Shown piece by piece: positions 21,774-35,393 of a DNA stretch of 64,000 nucleotides. The notes under the pieces are model-generated. The model did no database searches. It was not told the DNA's origin and saw only the letters and a program-made list of their open reading frames with translations. Where the stretch lies: assembly GCF_032191835.1 (NCBI RefSeq), contig NC_083223.1, positions 82,956,001-83,020,000 of the forward strand, read 5' to 3'. The position numbers and the translations under genes are program-made. Source of the DNA: Heteronotia binoei. Taxonomy: Eukaryota. The first letter of the stretch is position 1, and every line of letters begins with the position of its first letter.

Positions 21774-22451
21774 CTAAAAAGGAAAAGGGGGAAAGGCTTT
21801 ATTCACTTCTGGGTCCCAGTAAACTCAGATCAGCCTTCTTTGACCTCATTCTTAGAAATCAGCTTCTCTGCAAAGTGGAAATTTCCCAAAAAAAGGACAT
21901 AGTGTTTATGGGCCAAAGGAAATTTTTGTAACCCTCTTAATGTATCAATTAGTTTCTGCCTGAATTACATGCAGTTTTTAAATTGCTAATGGCTTCTACC
22001 ATGAAAGAAAAATAAAATTGTTTACACTGTAAACTTGCTAGCAATGTATTTGTTTACATTACATCAGGAACTACAAAATTGAAAATGTTGATCTAATGAT
22101 CATTCCGAGACCACAATTTTTTAATAAGGCAAATCCCGATGGAGAAATTCACCAACAATTGTCTTAATAAACCTATATTTTTCCTCTAAGGTTCAAGGAA
22201 ATGTTCTCTTTTCTTTTAACAGGCAAAAAGTTATCCAGAATTTCAGACACATAGTCACTTTGGGACTACTTTTTGGTATCCAGAACTGAAATAGCACTAA
22301 CTGAGAACCTTCCAAGAAGTTGTCTGTGGTACCGGGAAACCAACTTCCCCAACACAAGGCTACGGGCATCTGAAAGGCCTTTGTAGGCCTTCAAACTAAG
22401 TTCAGAAAAAATTAATGAAATTGCAGAACTGAGTCAATAAATGCTCTAGAA

Positions 22452-22865
22452 TGGGAGTACTCCTATGGTGCCCAGGGGCACCACAGTGCCCTCTGAGTTG
22501 TCCTGGTGCCTGCCAGGTGTTTTTAGAAACTGAATGGGGCCATGTGGAGATCTTGCTCAGCAGAAATTTTGACTGGCCATTGGAAATCCTATGTGCTGTA
22601 TAGATGAAAATAACAGCACCTGAATATTGACAGCTGCTACCACAGTGTTAATTTTAATATCTCACACTTATCTTTCCCAGTGTATTTTCTTAAATTATTC
22701 CTCTTGTCCCTTCTTGCAATAGGGCTTCCTCTATGTTTGGGGCTCCACCTCATATGGTGGCCATTTTATGGCAGGCTTCACATCTTGTGATTTAGTGGTT
22801 GTACACCTAACCCTGTATCAGAATTCCAAAGGTGCCCACAGGTTCAAAAATGTTGGGGACCGCTG
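22452..22865. mobile_element. hAT MITE
   Basis: Perfect 8-bp TSD CTCTAGAA. Right end GTTGGGGACCGCTG; left TIR eroded. Interior is related to 28703-29065. Confidence 0.72.
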
Positions 22866-23281
22866 CTCTAGAACCTTATTATAGATCCCAGTTATTAATA
22901 GTGAAAGGCTTAACATAGATTAGGGTACAACCTACCCCATCCTCCAGCTCCACTGAGCAGAGTTCCTCAATTCCTCAGTCCTAAACTAAGTTACACCACT
23001 CTAAGCCTGTTGACTTCACTGGACTTTGAAGGATATAACTCTAATTAGGATTTCATTGTACATGTATTCATATACCAAATGATTTGTTATTTGTGTGCTA
23101 AAATTGTTTTCTGTTTTAGGAAGAAAATGAAGGATTTTTGTATCACTTGTTCTCACAATTTTTTTTTTTAAAGTAGCAATTTCAAGTTGGTTTCTATATC
23201 AGTGATCACAAACTTGGGACCTGCTCAACAATTTTTAAAGGCCCTCCAAATGGGGTGGCACATAATTAGTATTATTATGCA

Positions 23282-23461
23282 NNNNNNNNNNNNNNNNNNN
23301 NNNNNNNNNNNNNNNNNNNNNNNNNNNNNNNNNNNNNNNNNNNNNNNNNNNNNNNNNNNNNNNNNNNNNNNNNNNNNNNNNNNNNNNNNNNNNNNNNNNN
23401 NNNNNNNNNNNNNNNNNNNNNNNNNNNNNNNNNNNNNNNNNNNNNNNNNNNNNNNNNNNNN
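23282..23461. other. Assembly gap
   Basis: Run of N. Confidence 1.
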
Positions 23462-23599
23462 TAGAGAACTGCTAATTTGCCCTTAGCCTCTGGCTTACAG
23501 GGCCCCACAAAGTTCCACATTGTCCCAATTGCTTTAATAACATTTACATTAAGCTTCTGGGAGAGGCCTTCTGGAGACGTGGACTGAGTTGTCACAATA

Positions 23600-24530
23600 T
23601 GTGGTAGACACTCCACCCTATCTCATGCTTCCAACAGTTTCCAGGGAGGTAGCAGAAAATGTAAACTGCCTGGAGACAGTTCTGGAATGGAAGCGAGCTA
23701 ACAAGCTAAATTTAATCCTGGCAAAACAGAAGTGCTACTGGTGAGGAAGAAGGTTTGACCCAGAAATTGGGGTGTATTCTGTTCTGGATGTTGTACTCCC
23801 TCTAAAGAAGCAGGTTTGTATCTTGGGGATGCTGCTGAATCTGAGCCTCCTATTTGATAACATCTAGTTTAGGTTACTACAATGTGCTCTGCATGGGGTG
23901 CCCTTGAAGATTATCTGTACAGTTCATACAACATCCTGCAGCCAGAACGCTGACCAGAGACAGTGACCGATTTTGCACTCAACTTACCCCACTGTCACAT
24001 TCTTCTTCTCTGCGCAGCATCCGTCGGATTTCCCACTATCTGTGCCTGAGTTACAGGAAGTGTCGCAGCTTTCGCGCAGCAAACGGAAACCGGTTGGTTT
24101 CCGTTTGCTGTGTGAAAGCCGCGACGCTTCCTGTAACTCCAGCGCAGATAGTGGGAAATTCGACGGACGCTGTGCAGAGAAGAGGAACGTGACAGCGGGA
24201 TAAGCTGAGTGTGAAATTGGTCAGTCATTGCAACCTTACCTTTCCACTTTACACTAGCACCCAATTAGCTTCTGGGGCTAATTCAAGGTGTTGGCATTGA
24301 CCTTTAAAGCCCTATATGGTTTGGGTCCAGTATAACTCAAAGACCACCTATTCCCCTATAAACCTGTCATCTTCAGAAGCTCTGCTTCAGGTACTTCCAC
24401 CATCTGAGGACACAGGTGGCAACCCAAGAAAGGACCTTCTAAGTTATGGCATTGAACCATGAAGCTCTCTCCCCAAGGGAGATTTGTCTGCCTCCTTCTA
24501 TCACTGTTTTCAGCCAGTGGGTGAAAACTT
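23600..24530 (+). mobile_element. Old degenerate L2 RT C-terminal fragment (host of the palindromic MITE)
   Basis: Remnants: aaatttaatcctggcaaaacagaagtgct (LN.KTE), tctagtttaggttactacaatg (SRLDYCN) and ttcaaggtgttggcattgacctttaaagccctatatgg. Confidence 0.7.
23965..24222. mobile_element. Palindromic (fold-back) MITE, PIF/Harbinger-like
   Basis: The whole 258 bp is an imperfect palindrome centred on AAACCGGTTGGTTT, with a 3-bp TSD AGT. Removing it restores the L2 host sequence. Confidence 0.8.
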
Positions 24531-25844
24531 TTTTGTTGTTCAGCATTCCGTCACTAGCTTTTATCAGCCCTCCTCCCTGTATGTTTGTATCTGTTTAAGA
24601 ACATGTGTGTATTTACCTTATTCATATTACTAAGAGTAAGGCCTGTTGTGAAGAAAAACACAATGGGCTCTAGAAAGAGGCTCTGGCTGAGGGCCTGCCA
24701 TCCTTGCTGTCTTCCCACCCATCCAAGTGATGGCACTGACTCCCACCCCCCACCTCATGGGGAGCTGATCTCTGCCATCTAGAGAGCAGTTGCAAATCAG
24801 ACTGATCTCCAGTGGTTCCCCAGTTGTGAGGAAAAACCCCCTTACAGACATCGTAATTACCAGCTTGGTTGCCAGAGCACCTGGAGAAGTGACTCGCACA
24901 CGTCTGGCCAAAGAGTGTGAGCACACCTATCCTGGGGCAAAAGCGATTTATGCAGTACAAGCAGCCATAACGCTACAAAGGCACTCAAGACCGGTACAAG
25001 AGTGCCCACCAGGAGAATGGAAGACTTCCCGTCGTTCCGTATGACTTCTATCCAAGCCATGGAACAGAGGAAACTGCGCCGCCAGGAGCTATCCAGGCGA
25101 ATGGTTTTGAAGCACTGACCATGGAATACACCGTGGAGGGCAAACACCAACACGCAGCATCTTCTTACCAGGCTTGACTCCATTCCAGCAAAGCAGACGG
25201 CTCACGTACATACCAGATGTCACATGTGCCTGCAAGCAACCTGCCCACCCCAAGGGTGGCTAATTGTCCAACTGCCACTTTCTTTGTCTAGCAGAACTCA
25301 AGACAAAGACTGGTGCCCAGGAAAAGACAGAAGAAGAGGAAGACCATCTTCAGCCAGAGACAAGTTCCTTTGTACAAACTGGGTGTTACCTAGGCCATGA
25401 TTTGACTCTCTATGGTCACCCTTTAGATAAGTCTAATAGTCTTAAGTATCTCCCCACCCAGTAATCTCCTCTATTCTTCTCATCAACTGTCGTTTTGGAG
25501 CCTCCCCCTGGTCCATTTCAACCTGAAAGTTCACTCAGGTATCCAGGATCCTAGCCAGTCCATTGGTCAAGAGCAAGCACCCAATTAGGTGCCACCAATG
25601 AACTTTCTATTGGTTGTCGCAGTAGTCCAGCCCTTATGGTCACTGCGAAACCCTCCCCTTTTGGGGAGGTCATGCATCAGCTGACCACCTTCCTCCTCCC
25701 TCGTACTTCCCATCCCCTAAGGGCTCAAGAGAGTCCTTATAATCTGTGGACTAGCTACCCACAGGTGTGCTTTTATCAGTATCCCAATCCCGCCTGCATA
25801 GATCCATCCCCGATTCCTGATCAGTTTTGGGTCCCCTCTCGTCG

Positions 25845-26161
25845 NNNNNNNNNNNNNNNNNNNNNNNNNNNNNNNNNNNNNNNNNNNNNNNNNNNNNNNN
25901 NNNNNNNNNNNNNNNNNNNNNNNNNNNNNNNNNNNNNNNNNNNNNNNNNNNNNNNNNNNNNNNNNNNNNNNNNNNNNNNNNNNNNNNNNNNNNNNNNNNN
26001 NNNNNNNNNNNNNNNNNNNNNNNNNNNNNNNNNNNNNNNNNNNNNNNNNNNNNNNNNNNNNNNNNNNNNNNNNNNNNNNNNNNNNNNNNNNNNNNNNNNN
26101 NNNNNNNNNNNNNNNNNNNNNNNNNNNNNNNNNNNNNNNNNNNNNNNNNNNNNNNNNNNNN
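25845..26161. other. Assembly gap
   Basis: Run of N. Confidence 1.
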
Positions 26162-26283
26162 CGCCCTCCACTCCGAAGAGTCTCAGAGCGGCTCACAATC
26201 TCCTTTACCTTCCTCCCCCACAACAGACACCCTGTGAGGTGGGCAGGGCTGGAGAGGGCTCTCACAGCAGCTGCCCTTTCAAG
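26162..26283 (-). mobile_element. Same SINE family, 3' part, abutting an N gap
   Basis: CGCCCTCCACTCCGAAGAGTCTCAGAGCGGCTCACAATCTCC matches the family body. Confidence 0.75.
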
Positions 26284-27953
26284 ACTACGATGCCTTTGAA
26301 GGCTACGATCGGTAAATATCACCCTGTTCGTCTACCCATGTGTTCCCCTATCTATCTATTTTTCTTAGGACTGTGTGTATGATCTTATGAGTATTTTATC
26401 TTGTATGGAAGCCTATATTTTTCTTAATAAATTTTAATTATTTTACCTAATTAGAGTCCCTAATATTCTGGACGTGGAATTCTGTATACACAGGTAAAAG
26501 ATCCTGACTAAGCCAGGTGCCCACCTGACAATTCCCCAACCTCGTTTTGAGGGCATTTTGGCTTACACAGTAGGAAATGGCATTGCACCTATCTGAGGTC
26601 TTATCCCTCCTCAAATCCCACCCTCTTCACGCTCCATCCCTTAAATCTCCAGGAATTTTCTAACCTGGAGTTGGCAACCCTGTCTCCTTCCCTTTATCTG
26701 CCCCTCTGACTTCTGCTTTCCATCACCTTCCCCCTCCCTGCATCCTCTACATAGGAAAAAGACAGACTTTCTACACATTGTGTGTGTGGGGGGGAATCAA
26801 AGCAGTTTACATCATTCTCCTCTCCCCCCTTTGATCTGAAAAACAACCCCCTGAGGCAGGATAGGCTGAAAGTCTGTGACTGGTCTGAAATCACCAGTCA
26901 ACTTCCACAGCCCTCACCTGGAGATTGGCAACAGTGGTTTCCAGAAGAAAAGGCCTCTCTCTCAGAGGCCTGTAATGATGAATTAAAAATTTCCCACCAA
27001 CATGGAGAAGTATCACTAAAGGCCTCTGGATGAATGTCCCCCCAGCTTTCCTGTCTTCCCACCCACCCAAGTGAAGGTATTCACTCCCCCCCCCCCCCAG
27101 AGAACTGATCTCTGGAAAAGCTTGTTTATCTGCTGCTGTGGAACCGGTCCCTCCTTGCTGTGAATGAACATTCCTTTTGTGTCAGCTAAAGAGAAGGAAC
27201 TGCTACTGTTTTGTCTCATACACATGTCTCTCATAGTTTACTGTTTGCTTCATGGCAGCGTTGTTTGCAGGGGAGGGGGAGAATGCCTGACCTGGACTTC
27301 CTATAACAGGCCCTGAGGAGAGGCAGAAGTGATCAGTAAGCCCACAGGGGACCCTGTCAGCAGAGAGCTGTCTTCCTCAAAGGTCAGTGGCCTTCTGGTG
27401 GGGTTCTTGCCAGATGGGGCCGATGGTGGGTGAGGAAGAGCAGAATCAGCCAATGGTACTCTAGAGACAGAGTGCAAGTCAATCTTGCATAGGCCACATC
27501 CCACCAATGAAAATCCTCAGATCTGCCACTACGTTAGGGCTTTTATTTATTACTAATGATGATAACATCCACTGCCTTGGGGATCCTGAGTTTGGTAGAA
27601 AAGGCAGTGCAGAAACATTTCAATCAAATACCATCAATCTCTCTAACAGCAAACTCAATGGTCAAGTGCCTGGCAGCAAGGCCACAAAAAAGTCAAGATT
27701 TTGCACATAGATATATAAATAGAAATAGCTCATAAATTTCAAAAACTGTAAATATGGGTGGAGGGGAAGAATTTCCACATCACTTACTTTCCCTTCTCCT
27801 CTGAAAATTCCATGCAAGGAACCTGTGTAACATCTCATCCACATAAGCCAGCAATGTTGATAATTCACTTGTTAGCTTTTCTACTATATATAAAGAAACA
27901 TGGCAACATTTCTAGAATGTAGCAAACTACATTTTCTTTTAGAAAGTCCATAC

Positions 27954-28063
27954 CCTTTCCATCCAGTAAACTGCTGGCATTTGCGCTGTATTTCTCCAAG
28001 CTTTGGCTGAGACGTCACTTGAGTTACACGTTTAACTGAGATTCCTTCCAAAAACACTGCACC
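27954..28063 (-). CDS. RNGTT: RNGTT coding exon (human exon 7 equivalent), start of guanylyltransferase domain
   Basis: ttttAG|GGT GCA GTG TTT...TGG AAA GG|GTatgg = GAVFLEGISVKRVTQVTSQPKLGEIQRKCQQFTGWK(G). 110 bp; too short to appear in the ORF track. Confidence 0.95.
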
Positions 28064-28702
28064 CTAAAAATAAATGTACAGATATAGCATTAGAATTCAG
28101 TGTGCAACAGTATGGGAATCTACAAATATGTGGATTTCAATAAGGACAGTTTACACCTAAAATTATACAGAGTTAATTTAATTTCTAATTTGTATAAAAA
28201 TTTACCCTTGTAGCAATATAACTGTATTTTTAACAAGGGTCTTTTTTACAAAATCATCACGTCAAATCTGAACTATCCTATATTTTAACATGCAGCTGAT
28301 CTTCAATTCAGCACTACTCCAGTCAACTTAATCAAGTAAACAGTTTTAAATACATATAGGCCTGTGTGCATAGTTTCCCAACACTGAAAAACCCTTATAG
28401 ATATGTGTCAATGAACTGAAAGGTAGGGAATGGCCAGGTAAAGGAGCATAATGGACCAATAAGCCAAGTTAAAGTGGCAAGGAGGCTACCCTACAAAAAA
28501 GGATTCTATACATTCAATCTGAATAAACTAGTATGTACAACACTTTGATCTCAAATTGCCTTTGTTCAGGTTGTAATGTAAAAGATATCTACATAAAATA
28601 TTGACTATTTCAGAATGTATGTGCCCACTGAAAATAGCTCATTATACATGATAGAATTAAGAGTTTTCAGAATTAGTATCCTACAAAAGAGACTCTTTAA
28701 CG

Positions 28703-29065
28703 CAGGGATACCCAACACAGTGCCCATGGGCACCATGGTGCCTGCTGACATATTTCCTGGTGCCCTCTAAATGTTTTTACAGAGTGGGTAGACCCAGGTA
28801 GGGCTTTTGCCCAGTAGCGCTTCCAACTGGCCATTGGAGAATTGAGTGTCTGTGCACTTGTTTAAAAACATTGCTTTGGTAGCAGCTGCAACTACACCAC
28901 GAAGACTGTCACTGTGTGACTGAAGGTGAGCTGCAGCAGCCATTTGGTGGCTGGCTCCACCCTCTGTGACAGTCATTTTTATGGCAGCAATTCTGTTGCT
29001 GCACCCACCACACTATGTCAGAATTTCAGGTATGTCCACAGGCTCAAACAGGTTGGGGACCCCTG
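28703..29065. mobile_element. hAT MITE
   Basis: TIRs CAGGGATACCCAAC / GTTGGGGACCCCTG; TSD CTTTAACG/CTTTAATG. Confidence 0.8.
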
Positions 29066-32000
29066 CTTTAATGTCTACTGCAGCTTAGCATTAAGTCTAT
29101 AACAATAAACCAAATAAAATATAATTAAAATGAGATTTTAGGCAACTTGTTTCACCATTAGTGATGGAAGATTTCAAATGATACAATGATACATGCCGAC
29201 GTCCGGGTTCTGTCATCTTGCCTTCAGAGGTATCCGCAGATCATTCTCCTGCGGTGCCTCTGATTCTGGCTGTTGGAGGGGTGTCACGGAAGTGATGCCC
29301 CCTAGAAAGACCCTGGAGGGGTTTTTTTGTTCGGCATGGGACTTTTGCAGGGAGCCAGGGGTTCAGCGGCGGCTGCCCCTGTGCCTCCTGCATGTCCTGA
29401 GGCTCCGCAGCCATGAAAGTTGGTGTACCAGCAGAAAAAGATGAACGCCCGACTGCTCTCTTTCTTTCGCTTTTCTCAGTACACTTTTGATGTAGCGTCT
29501 TTCTACTCCTAATGTAGCAATCCTATTTGACAAGTGACTTTTCAATACCGCTGGCTAGTGGGTCGTTTTGCATAACGAGAGGCTAGCTCAAAGGAAGAGA
29601 AGTGAGGCCTCGAAAAGTCTGCAAGCAATCTTAAGTATTGTTAACTATTTAAATTGGATTGAATACAAATACTAAAATCTACCCGGATTATTATTATTGA
29701 ACGTATGCAAAAGAGAATATCATTAGGCTGCAGTATGATCTGAACATGAAGGAGATAATTTTAGAGAGATCTGTCTCTGTTGCCTGTCTGTATTTGAAAT
29801 GATAACGTTTGAAATCTCAGCTGGAGCTGTTGTGGAATGTGGATTTAACAGGATCCTGAAGCTACTTTTCAACTTGGATTAAGAGACTGAGTTTGTTCTC
29901 AGAGAAAATGGCACTGCCTGGCGAAATGTCTTATAAAAAAGATTTTTTTATACAATATCACTTCTCTGAGACAGGATCTTGGCTTATCAATGCAGTTGAT
30001 TAAACAGCAAATGGGTATTCTTATACTGAAAGCTAGCAAAATTGAAAATCTATAAGAGTTGAGTGCTAAAGAGATTCTGCCGACGTCTGTGGAAATGGAA
30101 CGGGAAAGTGTTATGCTCCGAAACCAACAAAAGAAAACCAAGATTGATCCCTATGTCACAGCAGTAAAACAAGAACGGAAATTAAGACTCAGTGAAGTCA
30201 TGCGGAGAGGGGAAAATGGCGTCGAATTCTTCTTCTTATTGTCGACGGGGCAGGCTACACTAAGAAGAGAAAAGGTACATCCTGACCAGCAAATTTAGAT
30301 GTGGAAAGCTTTCAGGAAGAAGGATTTTGAACTTTTCTCATTCTTGTGGATGGCTGGATATGGAACTTTCACTAAGAAGCAACATGCGATTTTAAAAGGC
30401 AAAGTGTGCTGTTTGGGTCACATTTAAATCTAAAAGTGTTTAAATTTTGGGAAGAAGGATTCTTTCTTTTTTTTGGCGGTAAACAAATATGATTTTTCTT
30501 TCTTTTTTGGCGGTAAACAAATATGCAATTATTAATTATAAATAGATATGTGATTTTAAAAGAACATGGGAGATCCTAAAGAAGAAAGTTGTTAAAATTT
30601 TAATTATATATATAGTAAATTTAGATTAATGCTAAAGAGTGCAGACAACACATTTTTTCTTTTTTTATAGCAGATTTGTTCTTAGTATGTTTAATTGGTG
30701 AAAATGCTCATATTGATGTAAGATTTGGATCAATTGCTGAAAAGGTAGATAGTACAATTGCTTTGTAATCTGGTAGATTTGTTTCTAACATGCCTCTTTG
30801 GAGAAACTGTTCAGATAGACAAAATATTAAGTTGTATTTTTTTATATAATTTGTTAAAGATAAAGATATTATTTCTATGTGATTATTTTAATAAGGATTT
30901 TGTTAAACCAACAATTTAATTTGTGCTTATAACAGGGTTAACCTAAATCAGGCAAAATTGGTGCTGAGATGGCTTTGAAATTTTTCTTTCTTAACTTTAT
31001 ATACTTATTTGTGTTCAAGAATAATTGTTTAGATTCATATTGCTAGTATTAGTTTATTAAAAAATTTCTGTAATGAAAGAAAGGATGGTAAAATATATGG
31101 AGATCTTTATCCTTGCAGGTAGAATGATCTGGGTAGTCTATTTGGAGGTAGAATTATAATTGATGTATTTGTACTTTTTTCTGTTTCTGCTTTTCCCATT
31201 CTGTAAATGTCCCTGTTCCTCTTTTATGTATCTTTTGCACGGCTTTATCTTTTTGTAGTTAAAACCAATAAAAATTATAAAAATTAACAATGACACATGC
31301 CAATATATTGGCATATTACCATAAAAGTAAATCATTACTGCATTGAGTGAAAATAACCTTGGCTTGGATCCATTAGAATTCCTGCTCATGGAGTATGCCT
31401 TACCCTAATCACTGCAGCCCAAAATATCCTCTAAAATGCTGCTCTTGGGAGGCAGGGATAGCACTCTGAGGAACATTTGGGGCTGCAGGAGGGGGAGGAA
31501 ATGAGAAAATCATGCCCCCCACCAAAGACGTTCCAGTAGATACAACCCTGTATTTCAATCCAAGAACCTAAATCAACATCTTATTTAGATGCAGTAATAT
31601 TCCAGCTCATCAACTGCTAAACAGCATCAAACTACTACAACATTTTTGGTTGTTTTATTTTATTTGTCCCATTTATCTTGTGCACTTTCTCCATGAAGCT
31701 CAGAGTAGCATATATATAATTTTCTCTTTCACAATGACCATGAGGTATTTAAACTTAAGAAAGACTTACTCAAGGCCACACCATGATCTTCATGGGTGCA
31801 CAAATCCAGGTATCCCTGCTCCTAACTCAACACTAATCACTAAATCACATTAGGTCTATTGAATTGTTTTCACATAGAGGCAAAACTTTTAGCAATCTAC
31901 CCATAATGCACTTTAATCTGAAGTTTTTACCTTGGAGACAGTGGAAGTATGATTGGCTTTATGATAATTAACCCAGTCCTAATTTCTCATCCTGCTCCAA

Positions 32001-33189
32001 CCAGCTAACACTGAGCAGTAAATATACACGCACCTCACAAAAACCTGCAGAGTTCCCATTTATTTTCCTGTATACATCCCTTACATACATCACAGTATAT
32101 CCATCTTGGAAAAGCATCCTGATTCTGTATTCACTATCTAAAATTGATTTTCTTTCTCAAACTGCTCAGGAACCACATCATGTTTCAAGTGACCTTTTTG
32201 AGATTATGAATGTGTACCATTTATTTTGCCAAACCTACCTTCTGAAACTCTTTACAGGCACAGCGTTTCAGAAAGAAAGAAGCCCTTTCACTCAAAGTTA
32301 CATGTAGGTTTTACACAAAAACTTCACTGTTTTGCTAAAAATCAGCATCACTGTGCATAAGCAAGATTCAGCCATGGACATGAGATTTTCACAACTGGCT
32401 AACATTTATTTTCACAATGATGAACACTAAACTGCACAAAAAGAGAGTTCTGAAGTCTAATTTATTTGCTGTCAATTAGCACTGTGGGACAGTTTTAGTT
32501 AGAAAGGCCTGTTGCCTAGGTGCCCACCCTTCAGCCAGGGGGTGGCCCTTCCCTGTGAGTAGACACCTTGATACCCAGAGAGACCCATAGCCTCCACAGC
32601 ACTGCCCTCAGAAAAGCCAGGCTTGGCGTTAATGATGGGTCTGCCAGGCACTATTGCTGGACCTGAGAGAGATACAAGTTCCAGAGACACGCTAGTTGCA
32701 ACATTCCTCTATGCCCCACCCCCCTTCTTCTCTCTCTTCTGGGAAACAATGGATAAGCAGTTGCAGTAATCTAAAGGTCCCAGTTTCTAATGGGCTGAAA
32801 GGCTACCTATTGTCAGAAAAGGTGTTCAGACAAAAGATCCTACTTCTAGCACATCTTCCATTATATGAATGGATTTTTTTTTTACATCCTATCACACCAT
32901 GATACTAATGGTATTTCCTCCCTCTAGTCATCACTCTTGGGTGGACACACATATTCTAATGTTTGTCTGCATTAACATAACCAGTTCACCTTCTGCCATA
33001 CTACAGAACTTCCAGTACATTCTTCCTCCAAGTAATCATTTTAAATATATCTTCTAAAATTTGCATTTCTTCAAGTCAGGTTATCAAGGAACCATTACCT
33101 ACAAAGCTCCACCCACTACCACCTTAAAGAATTTGCCATCACACCTATTAAGATACATCCTTCTTTTTGTCTAACACATGGGAGAACAC

Positions 33190-33480
33190 AGACTTTGTTT
33201 TTGTCAGGATCTCCTGAAAACCGCCAGGTTGTTTTTTTTGGTCACAATAGTCCATCAAAATTAACATGCCTTCAAGATACATTTTTCGGTATAAATATAT
33301 CCCATTTTTGCCATGATCTGCTGACTACTCACAAAACAGCACCCCTGACTCACATCAGGTCTTCTCCGTGTAAAGCACTGGTCATTCTACATGCAGCCCT
33401 CTTTTCGTCCTTCTTCAGACTGAACCATTCTTCAAGATCTGGTATAGTATTACCCCATCTCTCCTACCCCTATCTCACCC
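33190..33480 (-). mobile_element. Degenerate L1/Tx1 ORF2 C-terminal fragment
   Basis: Minus-strand translation resembles ...WGNTIPDLEEW...KWDIF, typical of reptile L1 3' ends; contains several stops. Confidence 0.5.
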
Positions 33481-34143
33481 ACTCCTCTCTTTGCTTCTAT
33501 ATCTTGTGTAAAAGCCACCCACTGATGTGTATGGGTTTAGATTTTATTATTCTCTTTTATAAATAAAATCCATTTTATTTTATTCATTGGCCTGGTCATT
33601 GGTTCTAATAAGAGGGTCTATTTGGGACTATCTCCATAAAAGATCCTGCTTTGCCCCATCTCTTGCTATGCTCTGCCTTTTGATGTTGATTTTCCCCAAT
33701 TATAGATCAAATGCAATAATTAATAATTCTGTCAGGGGTACTAGGCCACAAGCCGGTAGAAGCAACATCTTTAAGGGTTAACACACAGTCTGGAAAAAAT
33801 GACAGAAGACAACATTCCACCCTTATCTTTAGCAGAAACATTTCACTATGCCCTACTGAATCTCTATTGAGTTTTTAAGTGACCATACAAGTAGGGAGTT
33901 CTTAGACCCCAAACCAGATTTAACCAATCAAGACAGACACACATGTATTGAATTTTTTTGCTATGCCGGTTTGAAATTAATGAATTAATACCAATCTGGC
34001 AAAATGTATCAGTAGTGTGTAGTTGGCTCTTGCAATGAAATTATGATGGATGTAACAGCTAATTAAATGTGTATATGCCAACATGTGCCAACATGTCATC
34101 AAGGCGATATAAAGTACTGACCACCCTGAAAGAGTGACTGACC

Positions 34144-34878
34144 AGAGACTGACCAAGAGAGAGATCTTGGGGTCGTGGTAGATAACTCACTGAAAATGTC
34201 AAGACAGTGTGCGTTCGCAATAAAAAAGGCCAACGCCATGCTGGGAATTATTAGGAAGGGAATTGAAAACAAATCAGCCAGTATCATAATGCCCCTGTAT
34301 AAATCGATGGTGCGGTCTCATTTGGAGTACTGTGTGCAGTTCTGGTCGCCACACCTCAAAAAGGACATTATAGCATTGGAGAAAGTCCAGAAAAGGGCAA
34401 CTAGAATGATTAAAGGGCTGGAACACTTTCCCTATGAAGAAAGGTTGAAACGCTTGGGACTCTTTAGCTTGGAGAAACGTCGACTGCGGGGTGACATGAT
34501 AGAGGTTTACAAGATAATGCATGGTATGGAGAAAGTAGAGAAAGAAGTACTTTTCTCCCTTTCTCACAATACAAGAACTCGTGGGCATTCAATGAAATTG
34601 CTGAGCAGACAGGTTAAAACGGATAAAAGGAAGTACTTCTTCACCCAAAGGGTGATTAACATGTGGAATTCACTGCCACAGGAGGTGGTGGCGGCCACAA
34701 GCATAGCCACCTTCAAGAGGGGTTTAGATAAAAATATGGAGCAGAGGACCATCAGTGGCTATTAGCCACAGTGTGTGTGTATATATAAATTTTTTTGCCA
34801 CTGTGTGACACAGAGTGTTGGACTGGATGGGCCATTGGCCTGATCCAACATGGCTTCTCTTACGTTCTTATGTTCTTA
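34144..34878 (+). mobile_element. 5'-truncated CR1 LINE (RT C-terminus + 3'UTR)
   Basis: Open frame ...KKANAMLGII...LEYCVQFWSP...LFSLEKRRLRGDMI...FFTQRVINMWNSLP, ending in a (TTCTTATG)-type tail. Confidence 0.92.
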
Positions 34879-35393
34879 AAGGGGGTGCAGCAGCTTGGCA
34901 TGCAGGCCATGGCTTAGCTCTGCTCCACAAACTATTGTAATAAATTTTATTTTTTTCCTCCTCAGCTGGACTTCGCTGAGTGTTTCTATTGGGTAGGACA
35001 CTCAGACTACAGATTTGTGGAACAGCACTTAGCCTTGCTTTTTAAAATCACTATTTTGTTCTTCCGAAAGCTAGCACCTTCCACTGAAGTTGCTGCAAAT
35101 CTGTTATCTTGTGTCAAGAATGCCAAGGACCACTGAAGTGCAACAGTGCATTGAACCAAAGTCACTCACTTCAGTTCATGCCTGAGTGTTAGAGAAGCCA
35201 GCAGCAGTGGAAATATTCCATGTAGCTTTCACACAGACATAGATGATGTGAAAGTCAATTACAGGAGGCATTAAGTTATAAAACATTTTCATTAAATGAC
35301 CACTCTGCCTGCCCTGTAAAGTTGAAAATTTATCAGCAATACTGATTTATTGAGACAACTCTGACCATAAAGATATATGGCTGCTTTTATTTT

